A stretch of 63,503 bases of DNA, counting the filler, from Asterionella formosa (lineage: Eukaryota), in assembly GCA_002256025.1 (NCBI GenBank). It is 10 parts of 10 records of this genome, joined end to end, with 100 filler letters (N's around TTAATTAATTAA, not from the genome) between each part and the next. Parts side by side here need not be neighbours in the genome. Positions count along the whole stretch, not along the records: positions 6,373 to 12,640 come from NKIB01012761.1; positions 12,741 to 19,006 come from NKIB01012762.1; positions 19,107 to 25,368 come from NKIB01012764.1; 7 more parts are not named here. The stretch is one strand, 5' to 3'. Under the pieces are notes generated by a model. It was not told where the DNA came from, did no database searches, and was given only the letters and a program-made list of their open reading frames with translations. A program made the translations under genes and the position numbers. Of this stretch, positions 11,571-23,130 are shown piece after piece (within the stretch, counting starts at the first letter, position 1; each line of letters opens with the position of its first letter).

Positions 11571-12640
11571 ATTTTACAAGACCGGGAGGATACTTTGGCC
11601 GATCTGGAGCAGGAGGTGAGTAAATTCAATTCAACCAATTAGAATATGTGTAGTGACGCGGGAACTTACCCTGGAGTCTTTTCGGACAGAGAATTATTCA
11701 GCGACACATACCTACGCAAGACTCTAAGTCTACGAGGACGTTTTTGCACGTACTAATTCCGATTCCAATATTTTGGCGACTGTTGAAAAAACTGATCGTG
11801 TCGACTTTTTGGAAGAGGATTGCTCTACATCTACTGGGTTTCATGACGATTAAAATAGATAGCCGTGTACCCTATAACGTCAGGAGTTAACTTCTGGAGA
11901 GAAGTGGCAGTTATGTATCGTAGATATTTAGAAATGTGTTGATTGAGGTACATCATAAAAATATTTTGGGAAAAAACGGACCTCGCAATTTTTAAGGTTG
12001 CGGCCCCGCAGTTACACATAACGAGGTCTGTTTTTTTCCAAAATAATTTTATTATGTACTTCAATCCACACAGTACGAGCAACGAAATAAAATAGCTAAA
12101 GCTAAACTTAGCTTTCAACAATACGACCACTTTGCATATGCTTAGATACAGTCATGGGTCGACTTAGGGGTATGATCTAAATACAGATATGGTAAGGACC
12201 TCATTTCTGGAGAGAAGTGGCAGTTATCCCTCTTGGAATCGTAACTATCCAAAAAAATAGTCAAAAAAGGGGGCCATGAAGCTTTAAAAAAATCTACGAG
12301 GGATAACTGCCACTTCTCTCCAGAAGTTAACTCCTGACGTTATAGGGTACACGGCTATTTATGTCATTCTTCATGAAACCCCGTAGATGTAGAGCAATCC
12401 TCCTCCAAAAAGTCGACCCGATCGGCTTTTTCAACAGTCGTCAAAAGATTGGAATCAGAATTTGTACATGCAAAAAGTTCTCGTATACTTGGAGTCTTGC
12501 GTAGGTAGGTGTCGCTGAATAATTCTCAGTCCAAAAAGACTCCAGGGTAAGTTCCCGTGTCACTACACATATTCTGATTGGTTGAATTGAATTTATTCAC
12601 CTGCTTCAGATTCGCTGAAGTATCCCGGTCTTGTAGAATC
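11571..12640. repeat. Long imperfect inverted repeat (arms about 11571-11950 and 12265-12640), MITE/foldback-like
   Basis: For example, GTACCCTATAACGTCAGGAGTTAACTTCTGGAGAGAAGTGGCAGTTA (~11867-11913) is the reverse complement of ~12304-12350. Homology continues to the contig end. Confidence 0.85.
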
Positions 12641-12740
12641 NNNNNNNNNNNNNNNNNNNNNNNNNNNNNNNNNNNNNNNNNNNNTTAATTAATTAANNNN
12701 NNNNNNNNNNNNNNNNNNNNNNNNNNNNNNNNNNNNNNNN

Positions 12741-15130
12741 ATTGAGACTTGTCAAGAAACCAATTTCTGTGGGAAGTGTGCCAGTGAAAGTATTGTCAGA
12801 CAAAACTAGATCAGTGAGACTTGTCAAGAGTCCAATCTCTGTGGGAAGTGTGCCAGTGAAAGTATTGATGGACAAATCTAAATAATTGAGACTTGTCAAC
12901 CTCCAAATCTCTGTTGGAAGTGTTTCAGTGAATTTATTGTTGGACAAAGATAGAGAAAAGAGATTTTTCAAGAATCCAAACTCGGTCGGGAGTTTACCAG
13001 TTAATCGATTAGGACCCAATGATAAGAATGTTAAGCTTGACAAGAGTCCTAGCTCAGTTGGAATTTTTCCAGTCAGATCATTTCCATTTCGAATTTGGTG
13101 ACCTCCATGTCCAAAGTTCAAATGTCCTGTAATCATTATGTATTTACAAAATATGAAAAATCAATGATTTGCTGTATTCTTTTGTCACAATTTTTACCCT
13201 TCAATTTTTTCATTTACTTACGTAGTTTTGTCAACTGAGGCCAATTTGAACTGATATTTCCAGATAATAAAACATTGTCGCCAAAGTCCACAACAACTGT
13301 GTCACAACAAAAGGTTGTTAGTATTTAATCACACTTTTCTATCACAATTGTTATTGCCTGTACTTACAAAGATTGGTCATATTTCCAAAAATGGATGGTA
13401 ATTCTTCAATGAAGTTAGCTGAGCAGTTTAAGTACTCTTTTATAATATTTGGAAAAATGAGAAGTTGTATCAGAAATTAAAAATCATCAAAACCTTTTAT
13501 TTTTTTGTCACTCACCTATGTTTGAAAGATGACTGAAGCTCAGAGGTAAGTTAAAAATTGTATTGTTGCTCAAGTCAATGTGATCTGATTTAAATGACAA
13601 AGGCGAAATCAATCAGTTAGATTGCATAATTTTTTTAAAGCAAAACATGTTTATCACAATGCACTTACTCATTCTTTCACTTAGAACTGCTACTTCTGGA
13701 GGAATGGATCCAACAAGACCTTCACCACTGAGTTGCAGTGATGTTATAAATGTTCCATTGCAACCAATTCCTTTCCAATCACAAAAGTTGTAGTCGCCAT
13801 ATTCATTTGGTTCTAGCCATTTTTCATAAGTATCTGATTGAGACAGAGTACTAAGCCACGTTTTTCCAACTGCTTCAAAATAGATTACCGCCAAAACATA
13901 GTGTTGGAGCAAGTTGAAATCAATTTCAGGGCTTTGCTGTGGTATTAGCTTCTTTTCTAACCATGACATGGCCCTATATTGAGATGTGCCAGCAGTTTCA
14001 AGTGCTGCACCATCATCAAATGCATTGTCAGCCAAGTAACCAAACAAATTTGAAGAAGGGCTTTGTGATGGAATATCTGTTGGAGTCATTGTTGGAATAT
14101 TGCTTGTTGTTGGAGAACCTGTTGGTGCTAATGTGGGGTTAGGGGTTTGCTCAGGTTTTGTGAGCTGAATGGGAGTTGCAATGATGGTGACTAACAAGCC
14201 AATTACCAAAAATAACACCAAGGCTGTCCGCACTTGACGTTTACATTGAGCTTGTTCTTCAGCTTCAATGTCAACAACAGAGGCTCTTGCAAGTTCTGGA
14301 TCAACCACTAGCTCAGCATTGAATAGTGTTGTATGTTCCAGCTGGCCATCGTTGGTGTCAATAGCAACATTGTCATTCACATAAGAATTGTTCTGTGATG
14401 ATGTCACTAATCCCAGTACTGGAAATGCACCAGGAAGTGACTGTTGTGGTGGTGGTGGTGGTGGTGGTGGTGCTACAACTTCTTGATTCGGAACTAACTC
14501 TGGTATTGCCACAACTTCTTGAGCCGGAACTATTGATGAGATATCTTCGACAAAGTAACCAGCATCATGGTTGTCTTTGTGATGCACCACTGGTATCTTG
14601 TGAAATGTTTTGACTTCTTGGTCTTGTTGTTCAACTTTTGCTGCCTTTGGAATATTGGTTTCATTACTGTACTCAACAGACATCTTGGAAACTTTAGGCA
14701 CTGCTGCCAGATATTCCAATAAAGTAGTCCCTTCCAACTCTTCCTCCTTTGCTATTTCTGCAAAAGGTTGGGAATGATATTGTCCAGCGGTAGCAGGAGA
14801 AGCAGCAACTGCATATGAACTTTGGTCCAAACTGTTTTGCAAGTCTTGGAGAGTTAGGATGACTGACTTTGACATATTGGCAGAGGTTGCATATCTGCTG
14901 GAATCATGGTCATCCTTTTCTGAAGATGTGGGTGCCAACTTCTTGTCCATTTGCATTTTGGCACGACTTCTCTCAGCAATTAGGTGCTTCTTTACGGTGA
15001 ACGTTAATTCTTCTTCGTCACATTGAGTCAACAAAGCGGGGGGTTTCTTCACATCAAATGTGTCAGTGGGCTCTTTCTTCTTGTCTTGACCGTCATCATC
15101 ATTCTTCTTGTTATTGTTGCTTGAAGACAT
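12741..15130 (-). CDS. Type II membrane LRR protein (diatom receptor-like protein); exons 15130-13669, 13584-13516, 13436-13368, 13296-13222, 13126-gap
   Basis: Disordered N-terminus with PGAF motif, one TM helix (ALVLFLVIGLLVTIIA), PT-rich stalk, LRR N-cap (FCDWKGIGC) and plant-type LRRs (LxLxxNxFTGTLPTEIG). GTAAGT/GTGAGT donors and AG acceptors splice into a continuous frame. Confidence 0.88.
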
Positions 15131-15424
15131 GGTTTGCCTCGTTGTTAACGATCTCGAAGGCGAAGAGAACGGAATTAATGGATGATGATGAATTATGACT
15201 CAAAATCCAATATATTTGTATCGGTTCCATTCATACCGTTACGCACGCGTGTGAAAAGCATTTTCGCTCAATATGGATGCACAAAATAATCACTCCCAAT
15301 GTCATCGTCAAACCAGCACACGCATCAGAGTATTCAAAGATTATACTGTTGCCCGAATTTAAAGGTACTCCAAAAATGCTTAGAAGCAAAGATGATTGTG
15401 CATACGACGAAACATCCATGGGAA

Positions 15425-15900
15425 CGACTTGCCTGGCGCAAGTCATGATTAGTTGGACATACCGGTGAATTTTTAGCGGGCACTTGAGTATTTGATAATT
15501 CTGTTGGAATTTTATGTGAATAATGCTTACACCGAAAAATTCCATTGGAATGATTTGAAAAAAATGAACAACTTGTCTGGCGCAAGTCACGATTAGTTGC
15601 ACCTAGATTTTTAACGGACACATGAATATTTATAATTCTGCTCGAATTACCGTACCGGTATGTGAAAACAATGACTAACCTGCCTTGCGCAAGTGAATAT
15701 TAATACCTGGTAATTCTTTTGGATTTATGTTAAAAAAAAATGATGAACCTGCCTTGCGCAAGTCATGAACAGTTGAATATTTCATTCAAATTATTTGAAA
15801 AATTGAATGGCCTGCCTCGCGCAAGTCATGGGAAGATGCGCAACCAGATTGATAAAAGTCCGTTGGAAATAATTTGAAAAACATGAATGACCTGCCCTTG
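15425..15900. repeat. Dispersed array of about six CTGCCTTGCGCAAGTCATG-like motifs
   Basis: Copies near 15428, 15572, 15678, 15747, 15810 and a partial one at 15890, separated by AT-rich spacers of variable length. Confidence 0.75.
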
Positions 15901-16399
15901 AATACCGGTACATAATAATAATAACGATTATTCCATTGGAACTATTTGAAAATGATGAAAGTGCCGGTAAGTGGGGTCTAAACAAATATATATCTGCTTA
16001 CACATAAACCGTTTGTACGGTCAAAAAAAGTAGCAGTACGAAAAGTCACGTACAAAAACGGTTTTTTTTATCTAAAATCGACCTCCCATCACGTTTTCCA
16101 TAAGAACCGCAAAAGATCGCAGAAAAACTATTTTCAGCATAGTTAAAAACCGAAGTTCCTTTCAGGAACCTTAATTTTATCTTGTTGGTTCATTGCATCG
16201 CTCATTCTTTGACTTCCATCGTATCTTGTCATGTAGGGTGAGGAAGTGGCGCCATTGCAGTTGCAACTGGTACTGCAGCGTCGCCACACATCATAGTGTC
16301 ATGGTATCTGGTAAGTAGAAGTTGCTTTGTTGTTGGGAATGGAAGATTGCCTGCTCGCTTGTAACATGTTGCCATTGTTTTCGTTTGCGCCACTGTCCA

Positions 16400-17050
16400 C
16401 TCTGTTGACTGTTTGTTTAGAGTTCTGATTGCATCAACCTTGTTTGCAAGCGCTGTGTGTGCATCTATTTTCTTATACTCTCACTCACTCTGCACTTCTT
16501 CCGCACGTGTATTGTTTATTGCTTGCAATCGCCCTTCGTGCTGTTTCTTTTCATTGGTCCTCATGATTGCAATACTGTACTATCCTGATCAACAAGGGTT
16601 CCAGTTATGCCTTGGCTCAATTTTAGTCCGGATGGGGGAATGGAAGAGACTGGTTGATTATTGTTTGCAGATTCGGGGTTTTTCAGTTGAATTTCCGGAT
16701 GAAAGAAGTTGTAGTTCATTGAACCCCAACCTCATTCAGCAACAGCTTTTTGTTTTTTAGCAAAATGGGTAAAGTATTCATCCCATGATTTCGACACCAG
16801 ATCAACAATGCATATCATCCTTTCCAACAGCAAAATTGGCACAGCGCCTTTCCTTTGGGGTGATTAAGTCTCTCTTGCATTTCGTGAGTTGGACGTTTAA
16901 ACTTGGATCTTGGATTTGTTGTCAGGGGTAAAAATTGATGAGATATGTCCTAGCAATGACTGTGAATAATTTAGTGTCATAGTTACTGGTAATTGTACTA
17001 TTGAATGAGTCGCATTTCCTGCCTGATTTAGTTTCTGCAAATGGTACTGG
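16400..17050 (-). mobile_element. Highly decayed pogo/DDE_1-like (Tc1/mariner superfamily) transposase relic
   Basis: Minus strand reads IVDLVSKSWDEYFTHFAKKQKAVAE*GWGSMNYNFFHPEI, then LKLSQGITGTLVD. This resembles the 'AW..SF....KAIAERGWGPLNY..L.HPE' C-terminal region of DDE_1-type transposases. Many stops. Confidence 0.4.
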
Positions 17051-18417
17051 ATCATAGTAGGTTTTGTTAGCCAAGCCAGCAGCATAGCCGCCTTAGATGA
17101 TACAATATTCAAGACTGCACAACATGGCTGGTAGTTTGCCATTGCTATTTGCCTTTAAAGTTCTTCCTAATTCCATGCCTATATTATTTTAAATAAGTGA
17201 CATGAATGTCTTATCCAAAGTATTAGGTAGCTTTCTTGTTGTAAGTTTCATTGTTGTTAAGGAGATGACTGCGATTTGCTTTATTTTGCGGTATGTCGGA
17301 AGCAATTTCTGATGTGAATTATGGTCTCGGACATGAATATATGGCTCGATTTTTTGGCCTTCAAGAAATATTGTATTCATTTACCAATAGTGACTAATTG
17401 ATTGATTTATTGCTATAGTACATTGTCCATGGCGGTTAAACGCAACTAAATATATATTAGATATTAAATGTTTTCCATGAATGTATATGTGTATTTCCAG
17501 GCGATGCCGGCTCTATGGTATAATTTTTTTCCACATTTGGGCCGATCGCTACATTCCGACACATTTATCTGATTATCAAAAGCACAAACCTTATCCGGCA
17601 ACTAGATATGTTGTATCAGGCGCAACATCAGGAACAACTTTGTCTTACTAAAAATAGTCATAACTAGAAAATCATAAAAAAAATCTATGTATACACAGTG
17701 AATATTATATTGTTAAGTGACTCAAAGCCATTCGAAGTGGCTCAAAGCCATTTTTAACTGGTACTACTACCTGCTGGTACCAGCAATTCTTTAGATAGAG
17801 AAAGTTCGTAAATTCTCAGAGCGATCGAATTGCTAATGTCACAATTGAAAAAATAGGCAATAGAAAAAATTATATGTAAGTTAACAGAACTGTGTAAAAA
17901 TCTTATGTTATCTTCAGTAGAAACCTTGAAAATGATCAGCAAGCCAGCAAGCTGCAATCCGTGAAGTAAGTTGCTTCTTGCTGGTATCTGCATAGTAAAA
18001 GCCTTTACGTACTTAGCAAAGGATTCAAATTAATTTAGCTTGTCCATCATTTTATTTTCTATCACAGAAACATATTATTTGAAACATAGTCGTGATAGCA
18101 TCATTGTTGTTAAAAGTAGTAGTTATGGCAACCGATTCATCATCTCAACCATATTGGTTGCACCAAATGATAGACTATATCACAGCTAAAATGAAAATAG
18201 TTTTAATTGCTACAATGATTGCATGCAAGTAAATTGGAGGCAGATGCTGTGCTACTTAGTATTGGACAAATGATTCTGCTACTAGTTGTAGTACACTCAT
18301 AGAGTATCTAAGCACTGCTCTGCATTCCAGAGAGTTTTTGCAGTTGAAAATTATCAGGTCAGTTTTTAAATCTGATGCCATTTTGTCGCCCCATTTGATC
18401 ATCCATATAATGATTCC

Positions 18418-19006
18418 ACCAAAACATTTATTTGATTACACTTCTACAATGAAGGAGATCCAGGAGACCCCAACGGATTCCTTGCTTTCTTATGCCAACC
18501 TTCCTGAACATTGCCAGTTTCCCACCAATGTTGTCTGCGAATACATAATGCAATAGTTTATCATGTACACAATTGTTGGTAACATATACCGGTAGTAGAG
18601 TACATGATAATCATGAGTGCCTCCCGAAACCCCAAATAGTAGTAACAATTGCCAAAACATTCTTTGATTACACTTCTACAATGAAGGAGATCCAGGAGAC
18701 CCCAATGGATTCCTTGCTTTCTTATGCCAGCCCTCCTGAACATTGCCAGTTTCCCACCAATGTTGTCTGCGAATACATAATGCAATAGTTTATCATGTAC
18801 ACAATTGTTGGTAACATATACCGGTAGTAGAGTACATGATAATCATGAGTGCCTCCCGAAACCCCAAATAGTAGTAACAATTGCCAAAACATTCTTTGAT
18901 TACACTTCTACAATGAAGGAGATCCAGGAGACCCCAATGGATTCCTTGCTTTCTTATGCCAGCCCTCCTGAACATTGCCAGTTTCCCACCAATGTTGTCT
19001 GCGAAT
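18418..19006. repeat. Tandem repeat, 232-bp unit, about 2.5 copies, runs into gap
   Basis: Sequence from 18573 is repeated essentially identically from 18805. The first copy (from ~18418) is slightly diverged. Confidence 0.95.
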
Positions 19007-19106
19007 NNNNNNNNNNNNNNNNNNNNNNNNNNNNNNNNNNNNNNNNNNNNTTAATTAATTAANNNNNNNNNNNNNNNNNNNNNNNNNNNNNNNNNNNNNN
19101 NNNNNN

Positions 19107-20760
19107 AGAAATGAGTCGTCATTGCAGACAGAATGGTAGTGATACCTCCTGCATCAGCAATCGCCACATTGTTGTTTTCATTCTCAGCCAACTTCTGAAG
19201 TGCTCCACAACCATATTCTTGCACATTAGCATTAGAGAAATGAAACTTCATTGTAGACAGAATTGTAGTGATACCTCCTGCTTCAGCAATTGTCACCTCA
19301 TTCTTGTCATCATTAGCCACATTCTGAAGATTCAACAGACCTTCTTGAATGTCAGCATTCTGCTCATTCATTTGCATCTCTGAATGAATTGAAGCAATCT
19401 GAGACAAAGTACACTCTTTTTGTCTGGCATGCTCATTCACAAATGGAAAGTCTTGGTGGGTAGGGACATGTGAAGGATTGAGTGATATGTTTGATTCGTA
19501 ATTCCTATTGAGATTAGGTATCATCAAACCATTATTGACATTGAAAGTCTCTGCAATGGCCTTGGCATCATCACCAATTGATTTGTCTGAAATATAAAGT
19601 TTAAACAAACTAGGATCATTTTCTTTCAACCATTTGACAGATATTTCCAAACCCACTTCAGCACTTGTGACCGTGTTGTTATCTTTATTCATAACCAACT
19701 GTTCAAGTGCTGCACAACCATATTCTTGCACATTAGCATTAGAGAAATGAGTCTTCATCGCAGACAGAATCGTAGCAATACCTCCTGCATCAGAAATTAT
19801 CACCTTGTTTTCGTCATGATTCTCAGCCAAGAAGGCAAGTGCTGTACAACCATATTCTTGCACATTAGCATTAGAGAAATGAGTCTTCATCGCAGACAGA
19901 ATGGTAGTGATACCTCCTGCATCAGAAATTATCACCTTGTTTTTGTCATGATTCTCAGCCAAGAAGGCAAGTGCTGTACAACCATATTCTTGCACATTAT
20001 CATTCGAGAAATGAGTCGTCATTGCAGACAGAATGGTAGTGATACCTCCTGCATCAGCAATCGCCACATTGTTGTTTTCATTCTCAGCCAACTTCTGAAG
20101 TGCTCCACAACCATATTCTTGCACATTAGCATTGGAGGAATGAAACTTCATTGCAGACAGAATTGTAGTGATACCTCCTTCTTCAGCTATTGTCCCTTGC
20201 TTGGTGTAATCATTCTCAGCCCAGGTTCCAAGCTTCAAGAGACCATTCATTTGAATGACAGCATCCGACTCATTCTGTTGCATCTTTGAAACAGTTGAAG
20301 CAATCCGAGATGAAATTGAAGTGGCAGTAGACCCTTCTACTTCAGCAAATGGCACATTGTTGTTGGCATTCGAAGGGGCAGTAGACCCTTCTGCTTCAGC
20401 AAATGGCACATTGTTGTTGGCATTCGAAGGCAAGTTCTGATGCTCTTTAGCTGCCTTCTTTGTCGACTCATCTATGGAAATGGATTGAGTGGGATTGCTA
20501 TCACTTGGTGTTGGCCTTGTTGGAGAAGAAGGATGTTTGCGGTACCTCTTGGCATCAACCAGTTTTTGAATTTCATTTTCTAGTTTTTCACCAATTGAAT
20601 TACTATAGAGATTAAGTTTAGTCAAGACAGTATTGACCATAAGAGCCTCTGCAATGGCCTTGGCTCCATCATCACCAATTTAATTACAATTTAGATCAAG
20701 TTCAGTCAAACTTGGATCATTCGCTTTCAACCGTTTGACATCTTCTTCCCATGAAGACAT
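19107..20760 (-). pseudogene. RI-like LRR plus armadillo-repeat protein with one in-frame stop; 3' truncated by gap
   Basis: MSSWEEDVKRLKANDPSLTELDLNCN*IGDDGAKAIAEALMVN... (TAA at 20680-20682) continues in frame into ~43-aa ARM repeats (AGGITTILSAM..H.SNANVQEYGC.AL..LA). Confidence 0.8.
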
Positions 20761-21624
20761 TGTCAATGCCGTCTTGAATGTAATGAAAGTAGTCAATTGT
20801 TTATTCGAGCGACTTCTTTGTCTGGTTCTTGTTCGTGTTAAAACTCCTTTTCTCGTCGTCGTCGTGATTGAAAAGTGATAATTCTTGAGTCCTTCTGCCA
20901 AAATAGTTTCTGTACGATTTATCGTAGAATTCTACGTAAAAGATGCAACTCATTGCTCATGCATGATAGATGGAAGATGCCGGAAATTTTGTCCATCTCT
21001 CCTCCTCATACATACCGGTATACTGGTACCTGGTACCTGGTACCACGTACAGGTACCGGTAGTATAGCTACACCATCATATCATGATGCATTTTTTTTTC
21101 GGGCTGTTCCAAGGCGCCAGGAGAAAACCTACCGGTATCCAGCCGCTTTGCCCGCCTGCCCCACCGAGGTGGGGTGCTTGGGGGGCATCATGGGAGGATT
21201 CGAGCTCCTCCCACCAGTTCACGTGTTAAGGAATGTTTTTGAGGCACCCCATCATCCAATCATGTCCCAGTGTCCAGTGAGGCACCCCGCCCCTCTCACC
21301 TGGGCGAGGTAGTGTGAGACTTTCACTCACTAAAAACCTGTGTGCAGCCCCAGTCTTGACCAGTACGCGGTCTGCCCTACCCGTCGGGGCGTTGGCATGA
21401 TGATGATCACATGGAGCACTTGACATGTACAAATAGAATTCGGATGCCGCGACTAGCAACATGTTTGACGTCCAGACTGAAAATTTGTATACTAATCCTC
21501 TATCTCTCTTCCCGACAGCTGCTCCGAGAAATTTGGAATCGTAACTACCCAAAAATAAATAAAAATAAAGGGGGCAATCAAGCTTTTAAAAAAATCTACG
21601 AGGGATAACTGCCACTTCTCTGCA

Positions 21625-22926
21625 GGAATCACTTGGTAATCATAAGATCGACAACGGAAATTAACACGACGTAAGCGTTCGTCAATCATAACTTGTCGAC
21701 GTTGATGTATCAACTGTAAATCTGTAATCAAAGGAATATTCAATATCATATCACGTTGAAAAACCCATGCGCCTGGTGAAATACATAATATACTATGAAT
21801 GGTAGTTCGAGTTGCATATGATGCAGTTGCAAAACATGTATCCACAATATTTTGGGCTTGAAATTCATTCATTGGAGGGTGGGCCTTTAACATAACTCGT
21901 AGACTAGCTATTACTGATGGATTGATGTAAACGTTCACAGATAGCATTTGCTTGTGGATTCTTGACTGTAGTAGTCACATCTTTAATTCCATTCAACACC
22001 AACATGTGTAAGAAAGGAGCACCAGTAAATTCACCTCCATTGTCATGTATACAACGTTCTGGACGGGGATATCTGGCTAACCAGTCATTTTCAAATTTCA
22101 TTGCAATATATTCTGATGTTTTGTTATTGATACATGAAATTTCTGCCAAATTGGTGACCGTATCAATACAAGTTAGAGCACGAAATTCAATTGCTTGAGT
22201 AGCCACTGTTATCTTCCATGGACCAATTAAATCTACTGCAACTTCTGACCATGGTAATAACAATGCATTCCTGGGTGGAAGTTCACCAAAACCAGTACCA
22301 GGTAATTTTGTACGTTGACATGCTTCACATACTCTTACAATATTTTCCACTCTTGCTTTTAATGTAGTGTGATAAAAATGTGTAGCAATTGTAGCATTTA
22401 ATCTTGTCATACCCACATGAGCTAACATCTGATGATACCAATTAATAATAGGATCCAATAATGATCTAGGAATAGCAATACGCCAAGTATCTCCTGGATT
22501 CTTCACAAAACATATTAAAAATATATAATGAAAATTGATAGAGGGAAATTTTAAAAGGATATGTTTGTTGATTGAGAATCAATTGTTTATCCAGCAATTG
22601 TCTATCATGTATTAAGCTATAATCCAGAGGATATTGAATATTGTCTGTCAAGATTGGATGATTAAGGAAACAGGTAAGCAAAGGCTCATCATCTAATTCA
22701 ATTGAAAAGGTAGAAGTGGATGTTGATGCTGGAGATTTCGGTCCAATATCATCCCCCAAAATACACTCAAGCCTCGGGAGGCGAGAGATCATGGAATCTG
22801 CAATAGCATTGTCAGTCCCTTTCACATAGGGAAAAGTAGGAAGATATTCTTCAATATAAAGTCTCCATCTAAGAACACGTTGAGTATGTAAAGTATTATA
22901 AATAAGATATCGATGATCAGTGTGAA
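21625..22926 (-). mobile_element. Ty3/Gypsy pol fragment (RNase H end, integrase), frameshifted
   Basis: VHTDHR...QRVLRWRLYIEEY...KGTDNAIADS; H2C2 zinc region (WYHQMLAHVG...CEACQ); VAVDLIGPW; IHDNGGEF; NPQANAICERLH. RNase H precedes integrase, which is the Gypsy order. Confidence 0.9.
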
Positions 22927-23130
22927 CATCGTCTGCAAATAAAAAACTATCATATTTCCATGATGCATCATAGGATTGTGATCATCTGATCATTATTTTT
23001 CGTTATATCACCTAATTATTTTGATAAATGCCCTTGTAATTTAAATAGTAACCCTTTTGACTACATATATTTAATTTTTATATGTATTATTTCTATTAGA
23101 TTCCTGTATACGAATTTCTTGATAGGATAA
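22927..23130 (+). mobile_element. Terminus of a repeat family beginning CA(C/T)CGTCTG(C/T)AAATAAAAAA (putative DNA transposon TIR)
   Basis: Begins exactly where Gypsy homology stops. Homologous to 30596-30730 and, inverted, to the segment ending at 38621. Confidence 0.6.

Noticed and set aside
15425..15900. CRISPR-like repeat-spacer appearance
   Set aside because: Repeats are degenerate, spacers vary from about 45 to 125 bp and resemble each other, there are no cas genes, and the context is eukaryotic.
20680..20682. Stop-codon reassignment or readthrough suggested by in-frame TAA here and at 29378
   Set aside because: Conserved genes in the window (MPC, SCP2) end in TAA and contain no internal stops. 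Ordinary nonsense mutation is simpler.
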